From: Monocercomonoides exilis PA203
Taxonomy: Eukaryota; Protista; Preaxostyla
DNA: 64,000 nt
Direction of reading: 5' to 3'
NCBI GenBank assembly: GCA_001643675.2
Contig: LSRY02000029.1
Location: forward strand, 1,149,021-1,213,020
Position 1 is the stretch's first letter. Every line of letters starts with the position of its first letter. A program made the translations under genes and the position numbers. The notes below the pieces were generated by a model that saw only the letters and a program-made list of their open reading frames with translations, did not search any database and had not been told where the DNA came from. This document shows, in pieces, positions 40,598-53,200 of the stretch.

Positions 40598-42578
40598 AAA
40601 AAAGAAAGGAAAAAGGAAAGAAAAATAATGATGAGAGCATCAAAAGTGAGAAATGAACATTAAAATGAGTATTTCAATGGCTTTATTTGAATTTTTGGTT
40701 TCTTTTTTCTCAGAATGATATTTACCATGTGCAAATGCAATTTTCATTCAAATAAAATGTGAAACACACACATCAACATTTGAAACCTTTTTGATGAAAG
40801 CACAGACAAAATTATCATTTCATTTTCATTCTGACAAAATATTAATTTTATCATATTTTTAACAAACACTCATCATCATCGTGAATTCCCCCAAAACAGT
40901 TATTCCTCAGAAAAAAACAAATAAAAAATTCAAATTTGAAAAAGAGACGGTCTGACATCCAAAAAGGAAATGTGAAAAGAAATCAACATCCTGTTAATAA
41001 ACAACGAGTCAGAAAAAGAATCATTTTCAAAACAGAATGAAATCTTTTTGTTTTTGAGGCTCAACAAAAGATATCAAAAATGAAGAAAGATAAGCAACAA
41101 AACAATGTGAAATTATTTTTAGCTTGAGAGATTTGTTGGACAGATCGTGTCTGTTTTTTTGTTCAATTGAGGCAAAAGAAACAGCCAATGAAAACTTTCC
41201 AATTCTGTTTCTGAAACATCACAGACATTCCATTTGGAATTGATAGATCTCCAAACGAGGGTATCAAAAGCTGAAAAAAGTGAAAGATAAGCATTCCAAT
41301 TTGTTTTTTGATTGTGATGCCTTGTTCTTCTCTGTTTCTTTTAAAGTGTGATCGAATGAGCAATGACATTCTATTCTTTGTATCATTCATAAATGCCATC
41401 TGAATTATTCTCTTTCCTATTGTTTTTCATTGAAACCAAAACAGATAAGCTCTCAAAGAAGATGTATTTTTCATGATACAATGAGAAAGCCTCTTCATCA
41501 CGATTGTGTCTTTTGTTATCTGAAACATCCGGTCTCACAAAACATTTCCTGTGCTCAGTGCATCACTTCCCTTAAATCCTCATTCCTCTTTATCCTCTAT
41601 CTCTTTTTAGACTTCTTTCAAATTCGTTTCTTTGCCATTCAATTCCTTCAAAAAATATGAGAAAAAGATAGCTGAATAAACAATAAACAGAAGATATTTC
41701 AAAATTATTATCAGTTACAATCCTTTTTTTTTGAATAAACTGCAATATCATCTATTATCTTGAGATTCAGCTTCCAATATCTGTCCCTGAAGCAAAATGG
41801 CCGCAATAGCCCTTCATTCTTCTCTGCTTCAAATGGAAGGAACATTTCATGGGTTTCATGAAAACTCACTGGGTTGTCCAACTCTGTGAATTTTGACATT
41901 TGGAATGAAGTTCTGAAATGACTGCCATTCGATGACACTTTTTCTCAACAAAAACTCATTTTATTCAATCATCATAAAAAAACCTCTTTTTATATCTATG
42001 TTATTATATTGTGTTCTCCTCATTGTTGTTTATGAGGTTTCATATTTTATTAAAAAATCATATTTCAAAATGTGCAAACCATAACTTTCAAGCGATTATT
42101 GACAGATCATTTTTGAATTTTTTGAATGTCATCCATGCAAATAAGTTATTGTTTAAAGTTTTTCATGAAAAGTCAAGAAATCCAAAAATATGTTCTTTCT
42201 TGAATTATCAAATTCAGATTCATTGGATATTATATAAAAGTTATGCTATTATTGGTTTTTAAAAAGAAAACATCAGTTCATTTGTGTATATAAGAAGATT
42301 GGAAAGAATGTTTCTTTGTTAATTTATAAACAATAAATAGAAAGAATTTTTTGTATCTTTTGACAAGAAATGGGAGACAACTTGTTATAAAATCAATTTT
42401 ATCTGTTATTTGAAAAAAAAAATGAATGGAAAACATTAACATATTTATATATTAATGATGATTCCACAAAATTTCAAACATTCGCAAATTTTATCCAAAC
42501 CATAGATTGAGTTAGGTTTATGTTTGTATTAAGGTTGTGTTGATCATAAGTGTTGTTGATCAAAAAACATCAAAATCC

Positions 42579-45500
42579 ATGATCATTTTTTTTCTGATTT
42601 TGACGCTCATAACCTCACAAACAGTGAATGCGGAAGAGATATATGAAGTTTATGTGAAGCAAAGTGAAGATGACACTAACACTGGCACAGCGATCGGGCA
42701 GGAAAGGAAAACATTGAAAAGTGCTTATGATCTGCTGGGAAACAACCAAGGATGCAAGATCTATGTTGTGGATGATGCAGCCGCACTAAAAGTTCAGGCA
42801 ATAACATTCAACCAAAACCAAGGAATAACCATTGAAGGAATAAGTAGCGATGGAAATGGAAACGCTATGGTTTCTATTGATTGCGATGCTCGTCCAAATG
42901 AACATCTATTTCAATGCAGTTGTGACACAGAATTCAAGTATTTGGCATTCAACCTTCCTTTGACATTGAAAAAAGAGAATGAATCAGACCCCTTAGTTTT
43001 TTCGGTATTTATTGGATACTATTGCAATCTGACAATAAAAACCTGTCAATTTATTCGACCAATTACAAATCAAGGAACTGTGGATTATGATCTTGTGGGG
43101 ATGAGTGGTGGAAATTTGTTTATGGATTCTGTTGAGTGTGTTGATGAAAGTGTTTCGTTTTCATTTTTATATTATGTTTTTAATATAATAAATTCAAATA
43201 CAGTTTCATTGATAAATGTGACTTTAAAGAAGCTATCAAGTAAATGGGAAATTGTTGATATATATGGGAGTTATAATGAAAAAATGGATGTGTCCTTGAA
43301 TAATTGCACTTTTTCAGAATGTCAATCGGAAAGATATGGAATAATATTTGTAAACCACAGTTACCATGAAAGCACGTTTACAGTTGGAGATGGTGGAGTA
43401 ACGTCATTCATCTCATGCAGCAGTCATGGTTCTAATGCCAAATCTGGTGGAATCTATTTGTATATGCCTACTATTGCATCAGCATCACACCTGAAATGGC
43501 CAACAGACGGAACGAATTTGGTTTTTCAGGATTGCTCATCTGAATGTAATGGAATGAAGAGAAATACTGGAATATATATTTATATGAAAAATAATGCATT
43601 ATTCAAAGATATGGCAGATGCAATGAGGGACAGTTTTGCAACTAATTATACTCGGGCAGACAACAGATGGTTTGTTGTTGGTGATGGTTTTGATTTCGTG
43701 AGTTCATATTTTGATCCTCCAGAGCCAGATAATTTGTCAACAGCATTTGTGAAGAATGGAGGGAAAGGAAATGGAATCAATGTTGAATCAGCAACAGGAA
43801 GTATTAACGATGCGTACGATCACTTGAATAAGAATGGAGTGTGCAAAATCGACATAATCAAAACTGTTGATCCAATCAAAGCTGAAGCCATTTCATTTGA
43901 TGTTGAAAGGGGAATTACAATAGAAGGTGTCAAAGAAAACGGAGAAGGAAATACAGAAGTGGTAATCGATTGTGATGTGAATCCAGGTGGAAATCTATTT
44001 GCATGCAATGGAGATACAGAATTCAAATATTTGGCATTCTATTTTCCGTTTTCATTAAACGGAACCTCAAATGATGCATTGATTTTTGGATATTATTGCA
44101 ATCTGACAATTTCAAACTGTCAATTTATTCGACCTCCGTCAACTAATGAGGAAAAAGTGGATTATAAACTTGTGAATATGAATAGTGGAAATTTTGTGAT
44201 GGATTCGGTTGAGTGCGTTGATGATAGTCAAACAATTGCAATTTCAAATGAAGTATTTTCTGCTGAATATTCCACTACAGTTTCATTGACGAATGTGACT
44301 CTGAAGAAAATATCAAGCGATTACTCAATTGTCAGCATTCGAACAGTTAGTTCAAATTACAAAATGGATGTTACTGTGAATAACTGCACATTCACAGAAT
44401 GTGAAGCAGGTGAATATGGAACATTATTCGTTTCTAATAACAACAGTAAAAGCACATTCACAGTTGGAGATGGAGGTGTGACATCTTTTTCCTCGTGCAC
44501 TGGCGGCCAATCCGGTGGAATCTATTTGGAAATGCCAAACATTCAATCAGCATCTCAACTTAAATGGCCAACAAATGGAAAGAATCTGGTATTTCAGGAT
44601 TGCTTTTGTGGAGAAGAAGAGTCAAAAAGAAATACTGGATTGTATATATCACTAAAAAATGATTCTTTGTTCAAAGATATTGCAGATTCTATAAAGGAAA
44701 GTTTTGCAGATGATTTCACACGAGAAGACAATTTGTGGAACGTTGTTGGACATGATAATAATAAGCATAAAGAATATGATTTCACAAGTTTATATTTTGA
44801 TCCACCTCCCCCCAAACCAGACAATATGACAAGGGCATTTGTGAAGAATGGAGGGAAGGGAAATGGAATCAATGTTAATTCAGCAATGAACAGCATATTC
44901 GATGCTTATGATTTCTTGGAAAAAAGAGGGAAATGTTTCATTGACATCATCAAAACTGCAGATCCTGTGAAGGCTGAAGGAATCATCTTCTCAGCCAACT
45001 ATGGAATAACAATCGAAGGAGTGAATGACAATGGAGAGGGAAATACAGAAGTTTCCATTGATTGTGATGTTTCAGTTTCATCAATTCTCTTTTCTTGCCA
45101 GAGAGTTGTGGAATTCAAGTATCTGGCATTCCAATTCTCTTCAACCGAAAAGAATTGGGACTCATTGATCGGTGCAGGATATGATTCAACATCACTGAAA
45201 ATATCAACATGTCGATTTGCCAGAATTGGATCACAATCACAAGAAGGAATGAATTCGAATGCTGATGGAAACAGCCCCTTGGCAAGCAGTCTTGTGAGAG
45301 TGACATCTGGAACAGTGGAAATGGACACAGTGAAATGCACAGATGAAACCTCATTTGTGGCATTCTTTTCATCACCATTTTCATTTTCTGGAGCCAACGA
45401 AGTGTCATTGATTGGAATGGACATCAACAAAGTGAATGTGGAAAGTGGAGCAGCGATCAGTATCAATGATGGGATCAATTCATCTTCGAAGGTGTCAATC

Positions 45501-46094
45501 GAAGGATTGAACATGAATGAAGTGAAATCGGAGAAAGGAGCAGCAGCAGGGTTGGATATCACCCTCAGTTCAGAAGAATCAAGAGTGGCCATTGGAAGGG
45601 GAAACAAATGCTCATTCAAGTCATGTTCAGCACCAGAAGGGAAATCAGGAGCAATATTCATTGACATGCCCAAGGCAACATCGAATCTTCAGCTTCCATC
45701 TGCGAACAACCTGGAAATTGACAGCTCAAACACAGCTGGCTCGAAAACAACTTCTCTATTCATCATTGCACCAGACTTCGAAGAGTTCTGCAAACAAGAA
45801 GATGCCTTTGCGTTTGCGAATGACTTCGATGATTCCACTGTTGGGTGGATCGAGGGAGCAAAAGATGCAGAATCAGAGCCTGAGGATGTATATGAGAAGT
45901 ATGTGAAAGTGAGACAAGAGAAACTTAAAGATCAAAACAAAAAAAATAAAACTGGAATCATTGTTGCCATTGTTGTTCCAATTGTCGTTGTTGTGGCAGC
46001 AGTTGTGGTGGTTGTGATTGTTGTTGTTGTTGTGAAGAAAAGGAAATCGAGAAATGAAGAGAATGACGAGAAGGAACAAGAAATGAAGGACTAA
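42579..46094 (+). CDS. Intronless type I surface protein built from three ~364-aa repeats
   Basis: Signal peptide MIIFFLILTLITSQTVNA; repeats containing GITIEG...GEGNTEV.IDCD..EFKYLAF; near-identical nucleotide blocks at 43743 and 44835 (period 1092 nt); C-terminal Val-rich TM followed by KKRK. Confidence 0.85.
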   Translation: MIIFFLILTLITSQTVNAEEIYEVYVKQSEDDTNTGTAIGQERKTLKSAYDLLGNNQGCKIYVVDDAAALKVQAITFNQNQGITIEGISSDGNGNAMVSIDCDARPNEHLFQCSCDTEFKYLAFNLPLTLKKENESDPLVFSVFIGYYCNLTIKTCQFIRPITNQGTVDYDLVGMSGGNLFMDSVECVDESVSFSFLYYVFNIINSNTVSLINVTLKKLSSKWEIVDIYGSYNEKMDVSLNNCTFSECQSERYGIIFVNHSYHESTFTVGDGGVTSFISCSSHGSNAKSGGIYLYMPTIASASHLKWPTDGTNLVFQDCSSECNGMKRNTGIYIYMKNNALFKDMADAMRDSFATNYTRADNRWFVVGDGFDFVSSYFDPPEPDNLSTAFVKNGGKGNGINVESATGSINDAYDHLNKNGVCKIDIIKTVDPIKAEAISFDVERGITIEGVKENGEGNTEVVIDCDVNPGGNLFACNGDTEFKYLAFYFPFSLNGTSNDALIFGYYCNLTISNCQFIRPPSTNEEKVDYKLVNMNSGNFVMDSVECVDDSQTIAISNEVFSAEYSTTVSLTNVTLKKISSDYSIVSIRTVSSNYKMDVTVNNCTFTECEAGEYGTLFVSNNNSKSTFTVGDGGVTSFSSCTGGQSGGIYLEMPNIQSASQLKWPTNGKNLVFQDCFCGEEESKRNTGLYISLKNDSLFKDIADSIKESFADDFTREDNLWNVVGHDNNKHKEYDFTSLYFDPPPPKPDNMTRAFVKNGGKGNGINVNSAMNSIFDAYDFLEKRGKCFIDIIKTADPVKAEGIIFSANYGITIEGVNDNGEGNTEVSIDCDVSVSSILFSCQRVVEFKYLAFQFSSTEKNWDSLIGAGYDSTSLKISTCRFARIGSQSQEGMNSNADGNSPLASSLVRVTSGTVEMDTVKCTDETSFVAFFSSPFSFSGANEVSLIGMDINKVNVESGAAISINDGINSSSKVSIEGLNMNEVKSEKGAAAGLDITLSSEESRVAIGRGNKCSFKSCSAPEGKSGAIFIDMPKATSNLQLPSANNLEIDSSNTAGSKTTSLFIIAPDFEEFCKQEDAFAFANDFDDSTVGWIEGAKDAESEPEDVYEKYVKVRQEKLKDQNKKNKTGIIVAIVVPIVVVVAAVVVVVIVVVVVKKRKSRNEENDEKEQEMKD

Positions 46095-46929
46095 AAGTGA
46101 GGCTGATAATAGATTCTTCTTGTTCTTCCATGTGTATTCATCTATAAAATATTGTTTTTCATTTTTGCTATATTTTCATTTTTTTCTTCTTTTTTTTATA
46201 TTTTCTGCTTGTTCATCCATTTCAACTTTTCAATTGTATTTTCACCTTATTTGAAACATGTCACTCAAATAAATAATGAACTATTTATCATCAATGATTT
46301 TTGATGAAAACAGAAAATGAAAATAACAACTTACGAAGAAATGTTTCGGAAAAGGAAGAGAAAAATTAGTTTCTTGTCTTTTGAATGAATATAACAATAA
46401 ATTGATTGTTTCCATTGGATATCGATAAATGTTATGAAATGAGTGGTAATAAAAAAAAGATGGAAAAAAAAATAAAGAGAATAAAATTTGATCGCAAACA
46501 CATCTATATGACTCATGAAGAAATAAATTGAATTATCAAAACAAACAATTAAAAAAATGAGATGGGAAAAGAGACAGAAAACAAATTCTATATTATTTTT
46601 TAATAAAAAAACACATACACTTTTGTTTCCAACAAAAGATGTATTCAAATACAATATTTTTTTTTAAACTTCCTTTAGTTGTGTGATGACGCAACAATTA
46701 TCATCTCATCAACAGTTAATTGTTTTATTTATTTTCATTTTTTCATTTGCAAGAGAGTTTATTCTTATAACAATCATTCTGTAATGATCAATTCGCAATA
46801 GAGTGAATCAACAAACGCAATGAGCAGGTTTGCTTTTTGATAATGAGTATTAATTATAAAGTTTGAGTGGTTTTTGATCAAACTTCGCCAATACTTATAT
46901 TTTCCTGAACATCATTGTCCGCATCAGAA

Positions 46930-47620
46930 ATGGAGCAAGAATATGTAAGACTGTCATGCAGAAAAGGCGAGGGAAAGGATTTTGATCTTTGGCATAGGCT
47001 TTCAAGAGTGGAAAATATGATGGAAGAATTCGCTTGGAGCCAAACATGACAAATGCAGTCCGGAGCTGCGAAGATGAAACCAATGAAAAAGGAGAAGAGG
47101 GAACGACTTTAAAGAAGAAGCAGATCGAGATCGAGAGAGTAGGAGTCGGATGCAAATTTTATTGATGTGATCGCGGAAGGGAAACAGGGAAAGCGTGAGA
47201 GATTACGTCGCACATATAGCCGAACGAAAAGACGGGAAGATGACGAGGTGGAAAGCGACTGGGATTCGGAAGAGCAAGAAGTGCAGGAAGAAAAGGAAAG
47301 AACATAAGATTTTTCCAGAATTTTTCCCAGGGAGTTGTTGACATCCCGTTGACAAGCGGGCGAGTTGAGGAAGTTTATTGAATTTTGCAAAGCTGGATCA
47401 ATCAGGATAAATTATGATATTTTAAATACGTTTATTCCGGAAAGTGAGAAGGAATTTTTCACGGGAGACATAGACTCAAGCTGGAATGCGCTCACCAGAA
47501 CAGTAATCACAACAAAGGGGAGAAGAGACCACCAGAAGCGAGCCGAGCAATCGAACTCCTCCAGCCTGATCTAGAATCGGGCTTTGAAGCAGCGAAAGCA
47601 ATAATAGCCCTCACGGTGAA
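46930..47620 (+). pseudogene. Decayed charged ORF of unknown origin, possibly mobile-element derived
   Basis: One continuous frame from ATG 46930 (MEQEYVRLSC..) through ORF 47365-47574, interrupted by about five stops of all three types; GC-richer than its flanks. Confidence 0.5.
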
Positions 47621-50044
47621 CGAACGAGAGAAGGATCACCTCATGGAAGAGGAGAAAGGAAACCTTTACGTCACACGAACGTTTCATATCCAAGTCAGTC
47701 AGTTTCGTCCCGCAGTTTTTCACAAAAAAGAAATGTTTATATTTATGAAATTTATTGAACTGTTTTTCTTTTGAAAGAATAATTATTTGATAATCATTCT
47801 TTAATGATATATATTTTTTGATTATTTATTTATGAATAAAAAAATATTCCACACTCATCCAAGTTGAAACCATTGAACTTGTCAGGATTTTCCATAATAA
47901 AATATTTGAAGTTGTAAATTTTTATTGATGAATATTTGGATGAATAAAAACGAGTTTGTCCATATAGAATGTGATATTTGTTTTTCATCTGCCACATCCT
48001 TGTCATTTATTGAAAATTTCTCTTCCACAACAAATGAAATTCTCTGTGTGATTGTTTTTCAATTTTAATAGCGTTTGTTTATGTTTTCAGTATATTGACT
48101 CATTATTGTTTGAATATTTAAAAATCAATCAAAGACAGCAATTGTATTGAAAGATTTTTCATGGAATATTAATTCGTTGTGGAAAGTTCATATTTTTTTA
48201 TCCTTATTTCTCAAAAAAGCTAATTATTTTATCTGAAGCTCTTCTGACATAAAGACACTAACAGGTTATTTCCTTTCTATTCACTTTAATTGAATAAGCT
48301 GAACGAAATTCATTCAATCTTTTTTTTATGATCGTTTCAATAAGACAAGAAATTTATAGCTGTTTTCTCTTCGTTGAAAGTTAAGATCTTGTTTCCGCTA
48401 TTTTCATTTTGATTATCAATCTTGTTTTGTTTGTTAACAAACATTTCATTGTTATATCACATATTTTCCCAAGCAAACGAATAAATTTTAATCTTGTTTG
48501 AAAGGATAGATTCAAATGTCTGTGTGTGAAAGCTTTTTAACTTTTTTTCTCATAAATCTTTGAATAAAGAACTGTAGAACAAGTTTATATTTAAAAGATA
48601 AAGAAAAAAAGAAATAATCTTTGCGAAATAACATTTAACATTATGAAAAAAACACAACCGAATGAATATTAAAAGAAGAAATGTGAAGCTTGCAGTTTTA
48701 ACTTATAATATGGGTAATTCTTTTTGGGATCATACTTTTTCTGTCAAAATTTTCGGTCTGATTTTTTTCGGTTCGAAAGTTATCAACATGTCAAGAATTT
48801 GAACGGAAAACATCTTAAAATCAATAAAGATAAAATCTCTCGTGAAACTCTTCGAAATCCTTTATTTTTAACTTGAATGGTCGCATTTTATCAATATTTT
48901 GAAACATTGACATTGATTTTTTTCATTCAGTTTCTATTATTCTTGAATAACAAATGCAATCATGATAATATTTAAAAACATGTCACAAACTTCATTTGGT
49001 CGATAATTTTTCAGATTTAAAAAGTTATGTTTTTTGATCTCATAAGAATTACAATTGCTGATTTTTGGTGAATTAGAGTTTTTTCTTTTTGATCCATCTT
49101 GAAAATAGATGTTTATAAGATTTACAATAAATTTTTCGATTCTTTTTTAAGAAAATTAAATATTAAGATACGTATATAAAATTTTATTCAATCAGATATT
49201 TTCAAATCTCAGAATTGATATCAACGTTTTGTATAAGCTTATTCATCTCACTGAAATTTGAGCAAAAAAAGCATTTTTATAATTGGTTGTTTGTAATTTG
49301 TTTTTTCTTTAAAAGTTTAATTTATTTTTTGATTTTTTGAATTCGTTTTTTTTGTTGCAATATTCTCAAAAAATATAACTTCTGCATATAACAATTACAA
49401 CGATAAGTGAATTTTCAGAGTGAAATATTTCATGTTGTCAATAATAATTTTGAACATTTTTAATTAGACGATGAAGAATATTTAGCCGGAAGGAGTAAGT
49501 GAATTGAGCATTTGAAAGAGTTCAAGAATAGTTAAAAAATGAAGTTGAACAAGATGAAGTTATTGAATGGGGTGTATTTGAAGAAGTCATCCAGAAAACA
49601 TCAAAAAATGTCAAGCGCAACTAGCGTGAGCATCAACCCTCTAGAGTCTCCGTCTTCTGCATTCAACCATCTGGACTCGTTCATCAGCGCTGCCCTACCA
49701 TCTTTGAAACCTGTTCGAACGAACGGATCGAGTGTGTCGACTTTTTCTTTTTCTCGAACTTTTTGCACTCGGCTGGTGATGTTGTATTCCACACATATGG
49801 CAACATCTTTTTTCCTATGGCAAGCTTGCTTCCTCTTTATCACCAGCCGCACCTTCTACTTCCACCCTCACACGGCGCATTCCATCTCGGCTGCAGCACA
49901 CATTCCGCCCCCGCATCGCCACCAACACCGGATAGTGCATAAACTCCCCATTCTCCTGGAAATAGACTTCATACGACACCGTCTGCATCCCATTCGCACC
50001 CGGAACAACGCTCTGTGTACTCGTCGCGCTGCCCCTTTGCAGTA

Positions 50045-50067
50045 CAAACTAGGTTAGGGTTAGGGTT
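50045..50067 (+). repeat. Interstitial telomere-like 23-mer CAAACTAGGTTAGGGTTAGGGTT (left direct repeat)
   Basis: Identical to 62100-62122. Confidence 0.95.
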
Positions 50068-50297
50068 TACTCAATTCACAACTGTGCGGTCCTGGCTAAA
50101 TTGCATTTTTTGAAAGAATTTGTGAATTTAGAAATTTGATACATGTTCAATAATTTTTGTTAATCAATATTATACACTTTTTTTGTTATCATCAATTATT
50201 TATATCATATTCATGTGTACCATAATAAAAATTTCAAATTTTTGATTTTGAATTTTTTATCTTCGTATCGAGTGACATTCACTGATTGCTGTTAAAA

Positions 50298-53200
50298 ATG
50301 AGTTTATTAATTCCAGCATATGCAATTTCTGCATCGTCTTGTTTGAAAAGCAATTCATCTCAGAACATTCAAAACAATTTGCAATCTTTCGTTCAACCTG
50401 TTCAATCTCAAGTTTGTTTCCTTCAACATTAAAGTTTAAGAATTATTGTTTGCTAATTCAACACATATTTAACGATAAATATCATACAGGAATCTTCTGA
50501 ACAAATTTCAACACCTTCAAAAAACTCAGCTATTTGTAATGAAAAAGAAAAGGTTTGCTCTTCAGACAAACATTAAATATTATTTTTATATGAATTACTA
50601 ATTCTGTTTAATCTTTCTTACAAATAGAAAGAATATCATGAAGAGAAAACAAGGACTTCATCAATTAATGACGAATTTGTGAGTAAAAAAGAAATAGCCA
50701 AAAAAATGATCAACCTTGTTCAACAGTTATTAACTCCCTCAAAGACACGAACACCAGAAATGAAAAAGCGATGTGAGCTGAAAAGAACATCAACAGGAAC
50801 AATAAGAAAAAATCTTGGAGAAAAAAATTCATCGTTTGGCACACCAAAATGTCATTCAACAATTGCAGCAAGCACACACAGCCAAGTCAATGAGCCAACG
50901 AAATCGGTTGATGTTGTGATGACACCAACAATGACGAGAGTTCTTAATGACACTTATGAAACGCAACTACCGGAAGAACAAAAGACTTGCGGAAAAAAGG
51001 ATGATGACGAAAGCGAAGATTCTGCAGAGGACGATTCAGATGAAGATTTAATGGAGCCCTATGATGATTCTGAATATTTGGAAGATGAAATTGTCGAAGA
51101 AGATGATAATGAAATTGAAGAATTAGACAACGAATCGATCAATCAGATTTTAGCAAATATTAGTGAAGAATGTGATGATCACCAAGAGTGTGTTGCATGT
51201 GTAAATAAGCAATCCAACAAAAGTGACATTCCATCAAATAGTTGCATGCCTTCAGGAAGTAATTCTGTTGAGAATGAGAACGATTTGAAGAAATCCAAAA
51301 ATAATTCCCAGTTCAAAAGACCAACCAGAATGGATGTCGCGCTTGAAAGAGTTGGAAAAGAGGGAGCAATGAAGTATCTGAGTACAGCTCCTCTTTGGTC
51401 AATTTCTACTGTTAAGAAACATGCATGGGTCGGGAGATTGTTAGAAAGGTGGTGTGAGAAAGTTGAAAGAAAAGTGTGGCCGTTGGAATGGAATGTGGCC
51501 AGAGGGTTTGTGCTGTTTTGTGGAAAGGAGTGCAAGTATTCGCTCACCTCCATTGTCCACGTTATTGTACCCTCAATAAAAAGAATGAGCATTGAAAGAA
51601 GAAGCAGAAAGTTGAACAAGAAAACAGTTGCAGCTATGAATGACGCAATTCGCTTCCTAAGATATGATAAAGAGGTTAAAAAGATGGGAAAGGAGAGGGA
51701 GCCAGCGTTGTTGCTTGATGTAGAAAGGGTGATAAGTTTTATTCCAAATGTTCTTGACTCAAAAGAGATGGAGGCAGCGATGTACCTTATGTCAGTTCAA
51801 ACAGGTGCTAGAGCAATCACTCTCTCAAGTATTCTATTGTCAGACATTGTGCGTGTGATGATCTCGAACGAAAGTAGAAAATTGCTTTGCACGATCAGAT
51901 ACAATAGGACAAAAGGGTCAACAAATTGGGGACATGAAATAACATTAGAAGGGCAAGAAGAAGAGGAAAAAGCAACAGACGCAGTTTACTGGCTTTCCAA
52001 GTATCTTCTAAAGAGAATAAACATTAAACTCAGTGAGTTTGAAAAAAGAAAGAATGAAGTTGATTTAAACCAAACCTTGTTTGCACTTTCAACAGATGCA
52101 ATGAGGGAAAGGTTCAAAGCAAGAGCTGAACAAGCTGGCTACCCCAGAAGTTTATTTAGTTTTCACTCCTTGAGGAGTGGCTTTATCTGCACCGCCTTGA
52201 TAAAAGCAGGCACAGATAAAGAGAAGCAGAAAGCAGTTCTTGAATCTACCGCTCTTGTGGCAGGATGGGTTCCGTATCGACAGGCACAGATGGGCTATAT
52301 AAAAAAAGTTGCAAGAAGAGCGATAGTTTCAACGAGATTGGTCAGTGAAAGAAAAGAAGGAGAAGAAGAAGAAGCGGAAATGGACAAGACCCTTCTGGGT
52401 CTTGAGGCATTTCATGGAATAAATTTCATGATGAAAGAAAGGAAAAGAACAGGAATAGATGTGTTTGAAGAAATGGTGAGAGAAAGAATGAAAGAATACT
52501 TTGGGAGTGAGAAAGTAGAAAAGGCAAAAAGGTTGAGGTACAGAAAAAACGGTGCTGAAGAAATGGGAAAGAAATATGAATGCATAAGAATTTACGCAGA
52601 AGATGTATTTGAAAAATCTAAAGGTTTTGGTGATGCGAGACATGCATCCTCTTATCGAGGTGCGTCTTACATTCACAGTGCAAATTTGTATATCCAAGAC
52701 AGAATTGAGAATCATTTCGATGATGTCAAGAAATTAGTCGATGAGTTTTGCGGATTGGCGGAAAAGATAACATCGAAAGAGGATGTCCGCAAATATTCGA
52801 AAAAAGAAAAGGTTGTAGATGAGAATAAAAGAATAGATGAGAATGTTGAAAATAGAAAGAAAGAGGAAACAACAATGGCAGAAAATGAAAAAGAAAATAC
52901 AGGAAAGAAAAGTTTTAGTGAAAGAGAGAGAAATGAGAAGAATAATTTAAAAAGAATAAGGTGGACAGATGAAGATGACAAAATAGTAAAGGAAATGTAT
53001 GATGACGGAAAAAGAGCATCAGATATAGTAAAACATTTTCCATTTCGAAAAAGACAACACATCGATGATCACATACAAGTGTTGATAATGAAAGGAAAGA
53101 TAGTGAAGAAACCACCACCAAGAATGAAAGAGTTGTTAAGCACAATAAAAGAAATACCAAAGAAAAAAGAAGAAGAAGAAGAAGAAAGCGTTGATAAACG

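Noticed and set aside
41163-41938. Minus-strand short ORFs as an identifiable gene
   Set aside because: Possibly decayed coding DNA, but no family could be supported.
49539-50057. 172-aa ORF running into the interstitial telomere motif
   Set aside because: No recognisable motif; likely a by-product of locally high GC.
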